From NCBI GenBank assembly GCA_032718475.1, contig JAUCBJ010002031.1:1-46201 (forward strand): a stretch of 46,201 nucleotides of DNA. The letters are read 5' to 3'. Numbering within the stretch: position 1 is the stretch's first letter; each line of letters opens with the position of its first letter. The notes below the pieces were generated by a model. That model saw nothing but the letters and a program-made list of their open reading frames with translations, had not been told where the DNA came from and searched no databases. Below are positions 43,124 to 46,201 of the stretch, piece by piece. The stretch is from Nemertoderma westbladi. Its lineage: Eukaryota > Animalia > Xenacoelomorpha. The translations under genes and the position numbers were made by a program.

Positions 43124-46100
43124 TTATAATTGTAGCAAGGCTTTAAGTGTGGTGCTTCCTTCGCAAAGTTTTTCAATTATAACCGATGATTCAATTCCCT
43201 CAGTCCAACACCTGTTTAATTTCATCAGGAGAAATGCCTCCAAATGTTCCTGAGTCAACGTACTGCGTAGACGAGTTAAAATAAGTTTCAACTGAGAGAA
43301 GACTCGTTCACAGCAAACCTGATAAAATAAAATTTAGTTATTACAATTAATAAAATTACCTACAAAAGAATACAGGTAATAATTATGTAGGCTACTCAAC
43401 TTATCTTCAGTAATTAGTTTCAGTTTCAATATTTTATAACAAACTCTATTTTTCTATAATTCTATTTGTAAATTTTACATAATGTATTTATTATTATTAT
43501 TGGTGAATTATATTACGACAAATGATGTATATATTTATCTGTCTCACACTCACATTACCTGGGTCATGGGTAGAGTTAGAACTGTTCTGTAAACCATGCA
43601 GAGAGTCTCATATGCCGAGGAGAAAAAATTATATTCGACCATAACCTTTAAACAACCGACGAGGCAGTCGCCAAGGCATTTCCCAGGATGTTCCACACAT
43701 ATATCGTCTTCACATTCATCGACATCAGTTATTGGTTTGTATGGAATCGTAGGTTGTTTGAGTAGGGACCACTCATTGGCAAATTGGGAAAGTTCACTTC
43801 TAAATCTGTTCAAATCAAGATCAGGAAGGATGGTGAGAAATCCTTCTAAGTGTTCTACTCTCAATAGTTCATTATTTGAAGATATTTTTCCAAAATTCTT
43901 TGGATCTAAGAGTTCTAAGCTCTGATACAATTTTCCATGTTCGGAAAAGCGATTAACAATTTGATTAATAGCCGTATCTATAACAACATTGTAGACCCTT
44001 GCTTTGAACTCATCCTTTGGATCTTTAAAAGGTTCATCGCTTGCCATTTCGCCAGGCATTTTTTTCTTTTTTCGGCAACGTTTCTCTAGAAAAGTACTGC
44101 TAACGATAACATCAGAGTTCAAATCTTCTAGTTTCGAGTTCATCTGTGAGACAAATTGATTGGCAGTGTCCTCAAGTGTCACGAAATCTCTTGAAATTGA
44201 CTGTAATTGATTCTTTACAGTTGAAACTTGGCGCCAGGCTTGGGCATAATCCATACCACTTGATTGAAGGTAATCAGATAATGGTGTCGTGAACATGAAA
44301 ATCCTGAGAAAGAGAAACGCCACCATAACAGTCTCATATTTAAGCAAGTTTTCACACAAAGATTTCGCTTCTGATCGGTGAATGGCTTTAAAATGATCAG
44401 ATTTTGAAATTTCGTCTAAACATAATACTAGTACAGGATACAAGCATGTACTACTTTGATCACCAGCAGAGTGATAAGTACCAAAAATCTTCACTGTGGC
44501 ATTGTTTTTGGCTCGCCAGCGGGTTTTTCCAAGATTTGTTAATCGTTGCATGCATCCTTCTCCCAACTGTTGCTCCAAGGTTTTCTCCCAAACTGCCATA
44601 CGCTTGTAACTATCAGCGAAGAACACATAGACTGCTTGCAACAACCCAAAGAATGAAACACATTCCAAAGAAGAACAGCTGTCGGTGATCACGAGGTTCA
44701 ACACATGTGAATAGCACCATGTGTGGATGTGGTTTGGAGATACATCTTTCAGTTTAGCTTGTAGCCCATTGTACTCGGCACTCATATTGGAGGCACCATC
44801 AAAAGCATCTGCAATGCATTGGCTCAAGGGAATTTGAAACTTCTCACAAACCTGATTAAGTGCATTAAAGAGGCCTTGTGAAGAGGTGTCAGAGCTCGTA
44901 TTAACCAGAGCCAACATTTTCTCATAAACAGTAGAACCTACCACATACCTTACTGCAATACAGCACTGATCTTTAGTTGTAATGTCCTGAGTACTGTCAA
45001 TCATCAATCCATATATACCAGCCTCCTTGATATCAGTAACAATTTTCTGCCGTAAAAGATCACCTATGATATTCACTATGGCTGTAAACGTATCTGAACT
45101 GAGAAACGAAACAAATGAACCCCGCCCTTTTACTGTATGTTCAGAGCCACCCTTTCTTGCTTTGTCCGTCGAATACTTGACACACTTGTCAACATGGCGC
45201 TTTAGAATATCGTTGTGTTTAGCCAACTCTTTTATGAGTTCAAGAAAGTTGCCATGGTTAATATCATTATTCAATGAATGTAAACCTTCCCCCCTGTGTG
45301 ATCTAGATGGAAGACCTTGCTTACCAATAAACTTTACAGCATCTATGATTACAGAAACAACAGCTCTTCTTTCTACAACTTGTCGGTTCCTTAAATCCCA
45401 ACACTCTGTTGTTAGCAATTGAGGCAATGTCATTTTAGCTTTAAAAGCAAAGAATTGTGATGCTGATCTGTGATGATATTGTGAACTTTCATGTTCACTT
45501 ATACGTTGATATGTATGACTCCAATCAGAAAAACCATCAATGGAAACAAAGGGTGACTCACTGTTTACTTCTCCAAATGCTAGACAAACAGAACAGTACA
45601 TAGCTTGCTGATCTACAGAGTAAGAAAGCCAAGACCGTTGAAGGACATTAGGATTATTGTTCTTACACTGTCTATTGTAAGCTTTAGAAACAGAAAATGG
45701 TAGGCCAGGTAAAACAGGATGTATTGGATGTTTCTCCATAAACTCAAGTCTCAAAGAAGCCCCAGGTCGTCGAAAACAGTGAATATGTTCAGTAGAATTA
45801 ATAAATCCACTGATAGGCTGTTCTTCAGGCACAACACCACTAAGAGGAAGAGCAGCATCTCTAAAGCTAACCACAATAGCGCTGGTACTGGTACATACTC
45901 TGTCATCTCCTTGGTCATGATCATCCAACGAACTGATGTGATCCAGTGATGTTTGATTCTGACCAATTGCAATGTTATCATGGTCATCAAGCCTACAAGG
46001 CTGACTATTTGGCATGCTCGTCCTGGTAGCTGCAGATCCACCTACAGGATTCCAAAGTTGAGTTAGTTTGGCACACTTTACCGCTTGTATCGATCTTTCT

Positions 46101-46147
46101 TTTTCGCTTTTTTCTTTTCTCTTCCTGGAACCACTTTTACATGACAT
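43124..46147 (-). CDS. hAT transposase, two exons (46147-43559, 43318-43124), apparently intact
   Basis: WLSYS..MYCSVC and HE..HH zinc finger, GNFLEL, LMIDSTQD, FDGASNM, CYSHVLNL, TRW. Intron CAG|GTAATG...TATCAG|; exon 2 VCCERVFSQLKLILTRLRSTL (catalytic E / dimerisation domain). Confidence 0.9.
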
Positions 46148-46201
46148 TGTTATTATTTGAATTAAATTAAATTGGCAGATATCCAACAGTATAATTAATA
46201 C

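Larger units (their letters stand above)
40782..46201 (-). mobile_element. hAT DNA transposon (ZMYM1/Tip100-like); other end lies outside the window
   Basis: Candidate terminus CAGTGGCGT... with GGGCCC subterminal motifs at 40782, plus an hAT transposase. Partner TIR not visible. Confidence 0.65.

Overview
Transposon-dense, AT-rich eukaryotic (animal-like) DNA with spliceosomal introns and no recognisable ordinary host gene. From left to right it holds: (1) an internally deleted BEL/Pao LTR retrotransposon that runs in from the left edge, with a ~3 kb extra region and a probable 3' LTR at ~5639-6776; (2) MITE-like elements; (3) a nested stack. The outer layer is a spliced minus-strand DDE-transposase-like gene. 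It is split by a Sola-type DNA transposon (13593-38993, TIRs, TSD AGCC). The Sola element contains a very young 16.8-kb BEL/Pao element (15054-31810, 2199-bp LTRs, TSD TGATC) and a full-length CR1/L2-like LINE (~32035-37936); (4) an apparently intact intron-containing hAT transposase with a 36-bp satellite in its 3' arm. The most unusual signals are in the large BEL element: no tRNA PBS, a 349-bp internal inverted copy of the LTR end that starts exactly at the LTR terminus, G.U-compatible complementarity between the leader and the 3' region, two PPT-like sites, and strong sense-strand enrichment of U1 5' splice-site motifs. In addition, LINE ORF2 has no AUG before the endonuclease and follows ORF1 in frame across a single UGA-CUA. 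All counts and alignments were done by eye.
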